From: Candidatus Woesebacteria bacterium GW2011_GWF1_31_35
GTDB lineage: Bacteria > Patescibacteriota > Microgenomatia > UBA8517
DNA length: 64,000 nt
Direction: 5' to 3'
Assembly (NCBI GenBank): GCA_001029755.1
Contig: CP011214.1
Span: 273,564-337,563, forward strand
Shown piece by piece: positions 1-8,719 of this stretch. A program made the position numbers and the translations under genes. Numbering within the stretch: the stretch's first letter is position 1; each line of letters starts with the position of its first letter. The notes beneath the pieces were generated by a model. That model had not been told where the DNA came from. It did not search any database and worked only from the letters and a program-made list of their open reading frames with translations.

Positions 1-44
1 TTTTTACATTTGGGTTTAAACCACCAGCTAGATAATTTTGCATA

Positions 45-413
45 TTAGTTAATTAATAATGAATTAAACATAGTTGTAAAATCCAAGATATCCGTAATAC
101 CTAGTAAAACACCAATTAATTTAATAATAAAGATTGCAAGTATTGTCACAGCAATTCCAATTACTCCAGAAGAAATCTTTTTCTTTGCAGATTCTAAAGA
201 ATTTTTATCTCCACCTGAGGATATAATTCCAACAGCACCTATTAAAAAGATAAAGATAAACCAAATAATTGCAATAATAGTAATAAGACCAATTGCTGAA
301 GAAAGAAAATTAACAAAAACAGAAACTCCATCCTGTCCACCTTCTAACCCAAGAGGGCCAAACCCTTTAAAACCTCCATCAGGTGATAATTTAATTTCTG
401 CTAGTTTATTCAT
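45..413 (-). CDS. Small two-TM T4SS-pilin-like protein (VirB2/TrbC-like), paralog 4 of a tandem array
   Basis: 122 aa. N-terminal ~30 aa, then a TM helix, a short Gly/Ser/Lys-rich loop (SSGGDKNSLESAKKKISSGVIG) and a second TM helix, which is the hairpin topology of VirB2/TrbC-type pilins. Start overlaps the stop of the upstream paralog (ATGA). Confidence 0.5.
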   Translation of the reverse strand: MNKLAEIKLSPDGGFKGFGPLGLEGGQDGVSVFVNFLSSAIGLITIIAIIWFIFIFLIGAVGIISSGGDKNSLESAKKKISSGVIGIAVTILAIFIIKLIGVLLGITDILDFTTMFNSLLIN

Positions 414-760
414 GGTTCTGGTATTACTGGTTGTAATAAAAACATAGGATCTCCAAATATTAACTGTCCAAAAATAGCTGCTAATACAAAAGATCCAGCC
501 GCAACAGCTAGACCTATTATTGTTTGAGTTATTTTAGCCCAAGCGCCTGCAACTTTTTTACTATCATCTCCTGCACTCATAAAAGCATATCCTGCTAAAA
601 CTAAATTAAATAATGCGTATATTCCTGCAACAACAATTAATGCACGAAGCGAAAATTGAATAAGCTTTCCTATTGCAATACCTGGGTTTGATCCAAATTT
701 ATCAAGCCCTTTTGGTAATTTTACTGTTCCAAATGGATTTTCTTGTGCTAATAAGTTCAT
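410..760 (-). CDS. T4SS-pilin-like two-TM protein, paralog 3
   Basis: 116 aa. Same architecture: TM1, loop MSAGDDSKKVAGAWAKITQTIIG, TM2. Coupled by 4-nt overlaps to both neighbours. Confidence 0.5.
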   Translation of the reverse strand: MNLLAQENPFGTVKLPKGLDKFGSNPGIAIGKLIQFSLRALIVVAGIYALFNLVLAGYAFMSAGDDSKKVAGAWAKITQTIIGLAVAAGSFVLAAIFGQLIFGDPMFLLQPVIPEP

Positions 761-1083
761 TTTTTTGAAATTCCTAACAAATTAAGTCCAGTTATACTTT
801 CAATTAATTTTACTATCCAATAGGACATAAACACAACTATAAAGCCAATTAATGCAGAAGTTACAGCTTTTTTACCCTTCTCTATCTTTTCAGGACTGTC
901 GCTTCCTGCTCCTGCAATCATTCCAATCCCACCCATGATAAGTAAAAACAAAAGTATTACTCCAGCAATTGAAATTGCTCCAGTTATTATCGCTGAAATA
1001 TAATTTCCAATATTTGTAGGATCTGTCAATTTACTGCCAGTTCCTAAAAAAGTCGTACCAATATCTATTGCTAATTTATTCAT
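757..1083 (-). CDS. T4SS-pilin-like two-TM protein, paralog 2
   Basis: 108 aa. TM1, loop AGAGSDSPEKIEKGKKAVTSALIG, TM2. 4-nt overlaps with neighbours. Confidence 0.5.
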   Translation of the reverse strand: MNKLAIDIGTTFLGTGSKLTDPTNIGNYISAIITGAISIAGVILLFLLIMGGIGMIAGAGSDSPEKIEKGKKAVTSALIGFIVVFMSYWIVKLIESITGLNLLGISKK

Positions 1084-1439
1084 ATTACGGGTGGAAGTAA
1101 ATCAACACCATTTTGTGTTCCAAACATTTGATTAAATATATCAATACCGAAAAATGTTCCAATAATTCTAATTATCCAAAAAGATACAAATAAAATTAAT
1201 ATTCCTATTATGGAACTTGTAATTTTTGATTGGGCTGCTTGCATTACCTTAGGTTCTCCAGCAGATGTCATCATTTGATATCCTGAAACAATAATATTTA
1301 AAAGTAAAATTATACCTGCAATTCCATAAACATAAGGAAGAATTTCAATAATTATGTCTGCTGGTTTATTAAAAACTGAACTTACAGATATTCCAGCTTT
1401 ATCCTCAATGTCATCTAGTCCTGGTGATAATGAAAGCAT
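1080..1439 (-). CDS. T4SS-pilin-like two-TM protein, paralog 1
   Basis: 119 aa. TM1, loop MTSAGEPKVMQAAQSKITSSIIG, TM2. First of four translationally coupled paralogs downstream of the Cys-rich fusion gene. Confidence 0.5.
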   Translation of the reverse strand: MLSLSPGLDDIEDKAGISVSSVFNKPADIIIEILPYVYGIAGIILLLNIIVSGYQMMTSAGEPKVMQAAQSKITSSIIGILILFVSFWIIRIIGTFFGIDIFNQMFGTQNGVDLLPPVI

Positions 1440-1448
1440 GTTTATTTT

Positions 1449-2102
1449 TTATTGTCCAAATCCAAATTTGTCTAATTTAAGTATATCAATTCCTATAAAT
1501 CTTAATATAAAAACTGAAAAAATCAACATAATTAAACCTGAAATAGCTGAGGTTAACAATTCTTGTCCAGCCTTTAATCTTTCAGGGTTTCCTTGTGATG
1601 TCATAACCATAAAAGAAGCATAAATAATTAATAAAAATGCAATTCCTCCACCTACACCAATTGCCCAACCCAATATCCAACCCATAAATTCATTAGTGTT
1701 TTCCACTGGTATACAACCAATCGCTGTATTTATACCTGTTTTGCCAGATTTGGCGATACATTCTGGATTTTTACTAGCTCCACTTCCATAACAGTCTTTG
1801 CTACATTCTCCAAGATTAGGGTAACTTCCGTTTGGATCTGCAATACATTGACCACTTACACAATTAAATTTAACTACAGGTGCTTGATATATACAACAAG
1901 TTCGAGGGATTTCCGTGTGATTACTGGCTTGCGGGGTACAATCCATTGTTCCTAAATCGGTGCTATTTGCATTACAAAATGTTAAACATTGTCCTTCAGC
2001 TGCATCACATAAAGGCCCCGCATAAATAGAATTAGGTTTTATTGAAAAATTAATTACTGTTAAGGTCAAAAATAAAAAAAAGATAATAATATTTTTTTTC
2101 AT
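1449..2102 (-). CDS. Secreted Cys-rich domain fused to a C-terminal T4SS-pilin-like two-TM module
   Basis: 217 aa. N-terminal signal peptide, a ~110-aa extracellular segment with 12 Cys (CDAAEGQCLTFC...CSKDCYGSG), then a C-terminal module with the same TM-loop-TM pattern as the four downstream paralogs (loop MTSQGNPERLKAGQELLTSAISG). Confidence 0.45.
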   Translation of the reverse strand: MKKNIIIFFLFLTLTVINFSIKPNSIYAGPLCDAAEGQCLTFCNANSTDLGTMDCTPQASNHTEIPRTCCIYQAPVVKFNCVSGQCIADPNGSYPNLGECSKDCYGSGASKNPECIAKSGKTGINTAIGCIPVENTNEFMGWILGWAIGVGGGIAFLLIIYASFMVMTSQGNPERLKAGQELLTSAISGLIMLIFSVFILRFIGIDILKLDKFGFGQ

Positions 2103-2182
2103 ATGTCAATTGTAGTTTAACACAAGCAAAGTATGTGGCAAATAGGTTTTTAAGAAAAGTTTGGATTGGTTATTAAGCTGTT

Positions 2183-2188
2183 ATAATT
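2183..2188 (+). promoter_or_regulatory. Candidate -10 box (TATAAT) 6 nt upstream of the SpoIID-like gene start, possibly a leaderless transcript
   Basis: Perfect TATAAT at 2183-2188 with TTTGGA/TTGGAT about 15-16 nt upstream, in the divergent intergenic region shared with the pilin operon. Confidence 0.25.
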
Positions 2189-2194
2189 AAATCT

Positions 2195-3961
2195 ATGTCC
2201 AAATTTAAAATACTAATGATTTTTGTTTTTATTCTAATTTTCTTATTAAGTATCTGGCATCTAACATCTGGCATTAATGTCTTAGCTGTGGATTGTTTAA
2301 ATATTAATCCAAATACAGTTTCTGCTGGTGATGCTGACTTTTGCATGACAGAATTGGAAAATATTAAAAAACAATATGCACCAGCTCAAGAAAAAAACAA
2401 ACAAGATTTAGCAAAATTACAATCAAAATTAAATGATTTAAATAAAAGAATTACAGTAATGACAACACTACTTAAAAATCTAGAATCAAATATTTCTAAA
2501 AGAGAAAAAGAATCTTCCTATGCACAGAAAATATTGGGGGAAAAAGCAGTAGGGCAATATATAGATATAAGACTATATGATCCTGTTATGTCTATAATAT
2601 CTGCGTCAGACGCCTTAGAAGTATTTAGAATAATTAAAATAAGAGAAAAAGTTGCCGATGCAGATAGAAAAACAATAGAAAAATATTCGGAGGAGATTAT
2701 TAATCTTAAAAATGACAAGTTAAGTCTTGAGAAAAACAAATTACTGTTAGCATCTTTGCAAAAACAAGTTAGTGAAGATACTAAATTTTTAGCAGGAGAA
2801 GTTGCTAAGGTGGACACTTATTTAGCAACTCTTTCAGCAAAACAACAATCATTTTTGGCACAAAAACTTGAATCATTAGGACTTTCTAGGTCTGCATATA
2901 ATATGAAGGGAGGATGCTCCAGTGATATAAATCCTTTTAAAAGTCCTGGATTTAGTCCTGCATTTGCATTCTTTAGTTTTGGTGTTCCAAATAGAGTTGG
3001 AATGAATCAGTTTGGAGCAAAAGGAAGAGCTGAAGCAAATCAGGATTACGAAGAAATACTTAGGGCTTACTATAATGCTGATATAACAAGAGGTTATAGT
3101 ACTGGAATAACTATCAATGTAGTTGGAACAAATGAATTTGGACAGTCATTTAATGAAAATTGGAACATAGAAGATTACGTAAAGCATGTCTACGAAATGC
3201 CTACAAGTTGGACAGCTAAAGATTCGGCTGCTCTTAAAGCTCAGGCTATTGCAGCCAGGTCATATGCTCTTTCATATACGAATAACGGTACTAAATCTAT
3301 TTGTCCTAGTCAAAAATGTCAAGTTGTGAAGAAGGAGATAAATGATGGTAACTGGCAAACTGCAGTAACTGCTACTAGTGGAGTTGTTCTCACAAATGGA
3401 GGAAAACCAGTAACTGCGTGGTTTTCATCGACACATGGAGGTTATGCTTATACATCAGGAGATATCGGTTGGTCAAATACTGCGTGGACAAAAAGGTTGA
3501 CTGACGCAATAGGAGGTATTAATGGTTTTTCAGATTTATTTAATAATGCTTACGACAAATCTTCGCCAACTTTTTATTGTGATTGGGGAAGCAGATCTCA
3601 ATACAACAAAACAGCATGGTTAAAACCTGATGAGATTGCAGATATTGCAAATGTTATTCTTCTTGCAAAAGCTGATGGTTCTACTCAAAGACATCTTGCC
3701 CAGCCAGATAAACCAAATCCTGATGGAGTCGATACTTGGGATGCCTCAAAAGTTAAAAATGAACTTACAAGTCGTGGAATAACACCATTTGATTCGGTTT
3801 CAAATATATCTATTGGTGTAGATTTTGGAAGTGGAAAAACAACTTCAGTTTCTATAGATGGAAGATCTTTTGACGGTCAAGATTTCAAAAGTTATTTTAA
3901 TCTTCGTGCGCCTTCTAATATTCAAATAGTTGGACCACTCTTTAATATAGAGAAAAGATAA
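2195..3961 (+). CDS. SpoIID/LytB-domain protein with N-terminal TM anchor and coiled coil
   Basis: 588 aa. N-terminal TM, ~200-aa coiled-coil region, and a C-terminal domain carrying SpoIID/LytB signatures (ALKAQAIAARSYALSY; KCQVV; AWFSSTHGGYAYTSGDIGW). Confidence 0.55.
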   Translation: MSKFKILMIFVFILIFLLSIWHLTSGINVLAVDCLNINPNTVSAGDADFCMTELENIKKQYAPAQEKNKQDLAKLQSKLNDLNKRITVMTTLLKNLESNISKREKESSYAQKILGEKAVGQYIDIRLYDPVMSIISASDALEVFRIIKIREKVADADRKTIEKYSEEIINLKNDKLSLEKNKLLLASLQKQVSEDTKFLAGEVAKVDTYLATLSAKQQSFLAQKLESLGLSRSAYNMKGGCSSDINPFKSPGFSPAFAFFSFGVPNRVGMNQFGAKGRAEANQDYEEILRAYYNADITRGYSTGITINVVGTNEFGQSFNENWNIEDYVKHVYEMPTSWTAKDSAALKAQAIAARSYALSYTNNGTKSICPSQKCQVVKKEINDGNWQTAVTATSGVVLTNGGKPVTAWFSSTHGGYAYTSGDIGWSNTAWTKRLTDAIGGINGFSDLFNNAYDKSSPTFYCDWGSRSQYNKTAWLKPDEIADIANVILLAKADGSTQRHLAQPDKPNPDGVDTWDASKVKNELTSRGITPFDSVSNISIGVDFGSGKTTSVSIDGRSFDGQDFKSYFNLRAPSNIQIVGPLFNIEKR

Positions 3962-3997
3962 TTTTTTTTGAGTTAATCTGATATAATTCAAATTAGA

Positions 3998-4732
3998 ATG
4001 CCAGACATTTTTATTTCAAGTAAGAATAACAAAAAAGAAGATATTAAAGATAATAAAGAATCCGGTTCTTTCGTTGAAGAAAAAAAAATAAAAACTGATA
4101 GAGGTTTTAACAAACCTCCTGTTGAGGAAATTCTCAAAAGAGAAGCTTATAGAGGACTTCATCCTATGCAGGGAAAAAAACCTCTTTCATCATTCCTTTT
4201 TAGTCCTGATGGAATTAATTTTGAGACCATGGAAGCGGAAGAAAAAGTAGTTCTCTTTTTAAGAAAACATTTAATTACAAATATTCCTTGGATTTTTGTG
4301 GGTCTACTTATGATTTTAGTCCCAACAGTAGTTTCAGCTCTTTCTATTTTTGACTCAGTTCCTGCTAATTTTAAATTTATCTTTGTTCTTATTTGGTATT
4401 TAATTACAATGGCCTACATTTTAGAAAGTTTTTTGACTTGGTTTTTCAATGTTTACATAGTAACCGATGAAAGAATAATTGATATTGATTTTTATAATTT
4501 AATTTATAAAGAAGTAAGTGACGCCAACATTGATAAAATTCAAGATGTCACTTATAAAATGGGAGGAGTTATTAGAACTCTATTTAATTATGGGGATGTA
4601 TTAATCCAAACTGCTTCAGAAGTTCCCAATTTTGATTTTTTAGCAGTTCCAAAGCCTGATATGATAGCCAGGGTTTTGCAAGACTTACGCATGGAAGAAC
4701 AACAAGAATTAGTAGAAGGGAGAATAAGATGA
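3998..4732 (+). CDS. Membrane protein with bacterial PH-like (bPH_2/YdbT-like) domain
   Basis: 244 aa. Two TM helices followed by a YIVTDERIIDID...GDVLIQTAS segment typical of bPH_2 domains. Confidence 0.4.
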   Translation: MPDIFISSKNNKKEDIKDNKESGSFVEEKKIKTDRGFNKPPVEEILKREAYRGLHPMQGKKPLSSFLFSPDGINFETMEAEEKVVLFLRKHLITNIPWIFVGLLMILVPTVVSALSIFDSVPANFKFIFVLIWYLITMAYILESFLTWFFNVYIVTDERIIDIDFYNLIYKEVSDANIDKIQDVTYKMGGVIRTLFNYGDVLIQTASEVPNFDFLAVPKPDMIARVLQDLRMEEQQELVEGRIR

Positions 4733-4947
4733 TACCAATAATTGGAATATCTGTTTGGGGAATATTAAAAATTGGTATTTTAATTTTACTAGCTCTTTAT
4801 ATAGTTTTTGCTTTTGTTATAGTCAGGCAAGTTCAATTGATGACAGCAACATTAGAAGTAGGTTTCGAATCTCAACTTAAATTTTTATCTTTCATGCACT
4901 TTCTTTTTGCTATAGCAGTTTTAATATTTTCATTTTTAATTTTGTGA
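4729..4947 (+). CDS. Small two-TM membrane protein
   Basis: 72 aa, hydrophobic, start overlaps the upstream stop by 4 nt. Confidence 0.3.
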   Translation: MIPIIGISVWGILKIGILILLALYIVFAFVIVRQVQLMTATLEVGFESQLKFLSFMHFLFAIAVLIFSFLIL

Positions 4948-4950
4948 GAA

Positions 4951-6384
4951 ATGCCCTTAAAACTAATATCAAACAAAGGTAAACTTTCTTCCCTTGGTGT
5001 TGGATCAATCTCCTACCATTTGGGAAAAATTCATATAAATTTAGAAAACTATTGTCAAGCCATTCTATTAAGAGATGGAAACAATATTAAACTTTTAGAA
5101 ACTAATTCTATAGGTTCTTCAATTACTGGAATACCTAAAGAAGGCGACGTTTATACATTGGGATCAATTGAAAATTTTAAGAATAATGAAAGTCTTGAAA
5201 TTTTAACTGTAAAAGTTGAAAAACAAAATTTCTCAATTCCTCTTCCTAAATTTCCTAGACAAAACTTCTTTGTTAATAATAATAACTCAAACAATGAAGC
5301 AACCCCACAAGCGAGAAAAACAACATTAACAGTTGGAGTGGTTTTATTGATTTTACTTTTAGTAAGTGTATTTTTTGGAGTAAGACAAAAAAGATTAAAT
5401 GAATTCCAAGAAAAATCCAAAGTTTTACTTACACAGGCATTATCAGATTATGAAAATTCAATTAATTCAATTTCAATTGATAAAGACAAATCTAGGGAAC
5501 TTTTTATTTCTTCAAAAGAAATTGCATTTAAATTAGAAAAAGATGGATTTAAAAGTGATGATCTAAAAAAATTAATAGAAAAAATAACTTCTCAAGAAGG
5601 AGAGATCTTGGGGGAAATAAAAGCAACAGTAAATGAATTTTTAGATTTAACTCTTCAGACGAGTGGTTTTAATGGCGATGAAATTGCATCCTCTGGTGAA
5701 GAAGTTTTTGTAATTGATAAGAAGAACAAAAATATAATTCAGATTGGAATTAAGACTAAAAATGCAACGATTGTAGCAGGATCAGGAGAAGTTGGAGAAA
5801 CAACCCAAATTGGAGCATATGAAGAAAGACTTTTCCTTCTTAAAAATGACGGAATTTATGAAGTTAATAATACAAGTAAAAAAGTATTAGAAAAAGACTG
5901 GAGTGATGTGTTGTTTTATTTATACGCTGGAAATATTTATTTAATTGATAAAACAAATAATACAATTTTAAGATATGCAGGAAGCTTAAATAGTTTTTCA
6001 GCAAAATCAGACTGGCTAGCTCCAGGAATTGAAGCTGATTTTTCAAAAGTTAAAGATATATCAATTGACGGAGCAATCTGGCTTCTTTCAAGTTCTGGAA
6101 AAGTAGCCAAATTTATACTAGGAAGTCCACAAGCTATATCCTTAAAAGGACTAATAGGTCAACTTGATAATCCAACTGCAATTTATACAAATGAAAATTT
6201 AAAAATGGTCTATATTTTAGAAAAGGACAAAGGAAGAATTGTTGTTATTGAAAAAAAAGGAGACTTTAAAATCCAATACACATCGGATGATATTAAAAAT
6301 GCAAAGGATTTAGTTGTTTCTGAAACTGAAGGCAAAATAATTCTTCTAACAGGACCAAAACTTATGTTTATAGAACTAAAATAA
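4951..6384 (+). CDS. Hypothetical single-TM protein
   Basis: 477 aa with a TM helix near residue 125-145; no motif I recognise. Confidence 0.3.
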   Translation: MPLKLISNKGKLSSLGVGSISYHLGKIHINLENYCQAILLRDGNNIKLLETNSIGSSITGIPKEGDVYTLGSIENFKNNESLEILTVKVEKQNFSIPLPKFPRQNFFVNNNNSNNEATPQARKTTLTVGVVLLILLLVSVFFGVRQKRLNEFQEKSKVLLTQALSDYENSINSISIDKDKSRELFISSKEIAFKLEKDGFKSDDLKKLIEKITSQEGEILGEIKATVNEFLDLTLQTSGFNGDEIASSGEEVFVIDKKNKNIIQIGIKTKNATIVAGSGEVGETTQIGAYEERLFLLKNDGIYEVNNTSKKVLEKDWSDVLFYLYAGNIYLIDKTNNTILRYAGSLNSFSAKSDWLAPGIEADFSKVKDISIDGAIWLLSSSGKVAKFILGSPQAISLKGLIGQLDNPTAIYTNENLKMVYILEKDKGRIVVIEKKGDFKIQYTSDDIKNAKDLVVSETEGKIILLTGPKLMFIELK

Positions 6385-6390
6385 TTAATT

Positions 6391-6760
6391 TGGTGGAGAT
6401 GGAGGGAATCGAACCCTCATCCGAAAAACTTAAAAACAAAACTTCTACAAGCTTATTTAGTTAATAATTTTTCCTTTAAATTTATCCAACTAACAGGAAT
6501 CTAAAGTAAGATTTAATTATCTTTTAAAAAATTTCTCTAAATCAAAAGAAATTAGTTAGCATCTCGAATTGGTTTACACCCAGTCAGTTCAGTCGAGAAC
6601 CAAACGTCAGGACGCTAATTAAGAATATGCCAAAGCATATTGGAAATTAGAAGCATAACTGTTAGGTTTTGCTTTTATTTTTTGATATCTTTTTACAAGT
6701 GTTTATCAAACTTGGCTTGCTGTTTTGTTAAAGAGCTTCCCGTCGAAACCGGTCATCCCC
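6391..6760 (-). ncRNA. ssrA: tmRNA (ssrA)
   Basis: Minus-strand 5' end GGGGATGACCGGTTTCGACGGG (canonical tmRNA start) at 6741-6760, and 3' tRNA-like end GGTTCGATTCCCTCCATCTCCACCA at 6391-6415. Lies directly downstream of smpB. Confidence 0.8.
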
Positions 6761-7184
6761 ATTTTTTCTCTCGTTCTATATCTCTTTCGATGTCTTTTTC
6801 CTTAATACTTTCTTTCTTCTCGAATCTTCTTTTAGGTTTTCCTAAAGTTAATTCAAGTTTAATAAGACGGCCTTTATTATACATCGCAGTAGGCACAATT
6901 TGCAACTTTTTCTGCTTTGTTTTTGTTTCTAATGATAAAATTTCATTTTTATGTAAAAGTAGTTTTCTCATCCTGGTAGGCTCATATTTTTCTATTCCAG
7001 TAGCTGGTATATTTGCATTAATTAAATAAACTTCTCCGTTTAGAATCCTTACATGTGATTGAGATAGATCTACTCTTTTATCTCTAAATGATTTGGCTTC
7101 AATTCCATGCAAAGATAAGCCAGCCTCAATTCTTTCAGGGGTTAATTCATATTCAAACCTAGCCTTTTTATTAATAATTCTCAT
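6753..7184 (-). CDS. smpB: SsrA-binding protein SmpB
   Basis: 143 aa. MRIINKKARFEYELTPERIEAGLSLHGIEAKS matches the SmpB N-terminus. Adjacent to tmRNA. Confidence 0.9.
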   Translation of the reverse strand: MRIINKKARFEYELTPERIEAGLSLHGIEAKSFRDKRVDLSQSHVRILNGEVYLINANIPATGIEKYEPTRMRKLLLHKNEILSLETKTKQKKLQIVPTAMYNKGRLIKLELTLGKPKRRFEKKESIKEKDIERDIEREKKWG

Positions 7185-7201
7185 ATAATGACAATTATAG
7201 T

Positions 7202-7807
7202 ATGGATTTAATAAATTTTCTTTTTCCCAAAGAATGTTTGGAATGTAAAGATACCGGAAGGTATATATGTAGTAATTGTGTCCAAAAAGTTAGAGTAGGT
7301 GGGTTAGTAGAAATTGGTAATTTAAAAGTTTATTCAGTTTGGAAATATGAAGGAGTAATTAGAAAAGCAATAATTTCCTTAAAATATAAATTTGCAACAG
7401 AGATTGCAGAAGAGTTGACTGTTAATATTTCTAATTATTTACCTTTAAAATCCAAGTCTTACATACTTGCTCCAATTCCTATGCATTGGCACAAGAAAAA
7501 TATTCGTGGATTTAATCAAACAGAAATAATTGGAGAGAAATTAGCAAAAATAATGGATTGGAAATATATTCCAAATTTATTACTTAAAAAATCAAAATCT
7601 CTGCCTCAAGTAGGTTTAAAGAGTGAGGTTCGTAGAGAGAACTTATCAGGTGTGTTTGAAATTAACTCAGAAATTAAAATATCTAAAACTTCTAAAATTT
7701 TACTTTTTGATGATGTTTTAACAACAGGTTCCACAATTGTTGAAGCTACAAAAGTTTTAAAGTCTTCTGGATTTAATAATATAATCGGATTAACTATCGC
7801 AAGATAA
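7202..7807 (+). CDS. comFC: ComF-family phosphoribosyltransferase with N-terminal zinc ribbon (ComFC-like)
   Basis: 201 aa. CLECKDTGRYICSNCV zinc finger, and a C-terminal PRTase motif ILLFDDVLTTGSTI. Confidence 0.65.
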   Translation: MDLINFLFPKECLECKDTGRYICSNCVQKVRVGGLVEIGNLKVYSVWKYEGVIRKAIISLKYKFATEIAEELTVNISNYLPLKSKSYILAPIPMHWHKKNIRGFNQTEIIGEKLAKIMDWKYIPNLLLKKSKSLPQVGLKSEVRRENLSGVFEINSEIKISKTSKILLFDDVLTTGSTIVEATKVLKSSGFNNIIGLTIAR

Positions 7808-7822
7808 TTTTATTATATTTTG

Positions 7823-7904
7823 CGGAGGGTACAGGGGTCGAACCTGTTAGAGCTTGCGCTCACGAGTTTTCAAGACTCGCGCGTTGCCGTCCCGCCCACC
7901 CTCC
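7823..7904 (-). tRNA. tRNA-Ser (anticodon TGA)
   Basis: Minus-strand cloverleaf: acceptor GGAGGGT/ACCCTCC, anticodon stem CGAGT/ACTCG with loop CTTGAAA, long variable arm (GAGC-GCAA-GCTC), T arm ACAGG-TTCGACC-CCTGT. Confidence 0.7.
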
Positions 7905-7929
7905 AAATATTTTTTTAGACGTTAATTAG

Positions 7930-8015
7930 CGGAGGATACAGGAGTCGAACCTGTCGGACGCAATTAAGCGTCAAAGTTTAGCAAACTTTTCCCTGAGCCG
8001 TTCGGGATATCCTCC
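7930..8015 (-). tRNA. tRNA-Ser (anticodon GCT)
   Basis: Acceptor GGAGGAT/ATCCTCC, anticodon loop TTGCTAA, long variable arm, T arm with TTCGACT loop. Confidence 0.7.
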
Positions 8016-8638
8016 AGCAAGGCAAATTTTCTCATAAATTCATTGAAAATACCAATTAATTTAAGCTGAATATTAATGTTGTAGTATTTAATTGTGCATG
8101 TACCAAGATATCCTTTTCTGTGTTTTTTATCAGTGGGTTTTGTGATAGTTGGTTTGTAAAATTTATCTGAAGAAATATTAAGTAGATCACTCCAAAATTT
8201 AACAAGATTATTATAATTTTGATTTGAATGAATTTGTAAATGAATTCTAAATTTAGATTCATCTAATTGAAAACTATCTCTCAATAAATTAATAAAACTT
8301 AATATTAAAAGAGGTTCGCTGTTAGTAAATCCTAAGTGTTTTGTGGCTGGGTATTTAGCCCCTTCACATCCATATATAACTCCACATAGTATTTTTTTAA
8401 AATCAGTATTAATATCTATTTTCTGAAATGATTTCGTTTCAGATTTTTTAACGATTTCTCTTTTTAACTCATTATTTTTTATTAGTTTGGTAAATTTACT
8501 AGAGGCCAATCCTCTACACCATGTTGATATGGTTGAGTTATCTATATTCAATCTTCTTCCTACTTCTCTATATGATAGATTGTCCTCAACAACCATTCTT
8601 CTGGCTTGTGTTATGTTGTGATTTGAGTACCTTTTCAT
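7964..8638 (-). CDS. HTH + single-motif LAGLIDADG-like (I-CreI-like) homing-endonuclease-family protein; its 3' end reads into tRNA-Ser(GCT)
   Basis: 224 aa. N-terminal HTH (LSYREVGRRLNIDNSTISTWCRG), then ILCGVIYGCEGAKY, a LAGLIDADG-like motif with Glu at the second acidic position. Clear paralog of 10390..10803 and 57920..58603 (shared YxCEGAK, LVxFW, KxYGT motifs). Its last ~17 codons are templated by the 5' half of tRNA-Ser(GCT). Confidence 0.4.
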   Translation of the reverse strand: MKRYSNHNITQARRMVVEDNLSYREVGRRLNIDNSTISTWCRGLASSKFTKLIKNNELKREIVKKSETKSFQKIDINTDFKKILCGVIYGCEGAKYPATKHLGFTNSEPLLILSFINLLRDSFQLDESKFRIHLQIHSNQNYNNLVKFWSDLLNISSDKFYKPTITKPTDKKHRKGYLGTCTIKYYNINIQLKLIGIFNEFMRKFALLEDIPNGSGKSLLNFDA

Positions 8639-8719
8639 TTGGCAGTTATAGTTAATACTAACTAAACCCGAATATTATGTCAATGATTAATGTGTATTTG
8701 TTTGCAATGAGGTATAATT

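Noticed and set aside
6391-6760. Definite tmRNA tag peptide sequence
   Set aside because: A tag-like ORF (…NFQYALAYS-stop) is visible, but I could not verify the resume codon or frame by eye and the C-terminus is atypical. It is reported only as uncertain.
6640-7029. 129-aa plus-strand ORF over the tmRNA/smpB region
   Set aside because: It overlaps tmRNA and is antisense to smpB, so it is an artefact.
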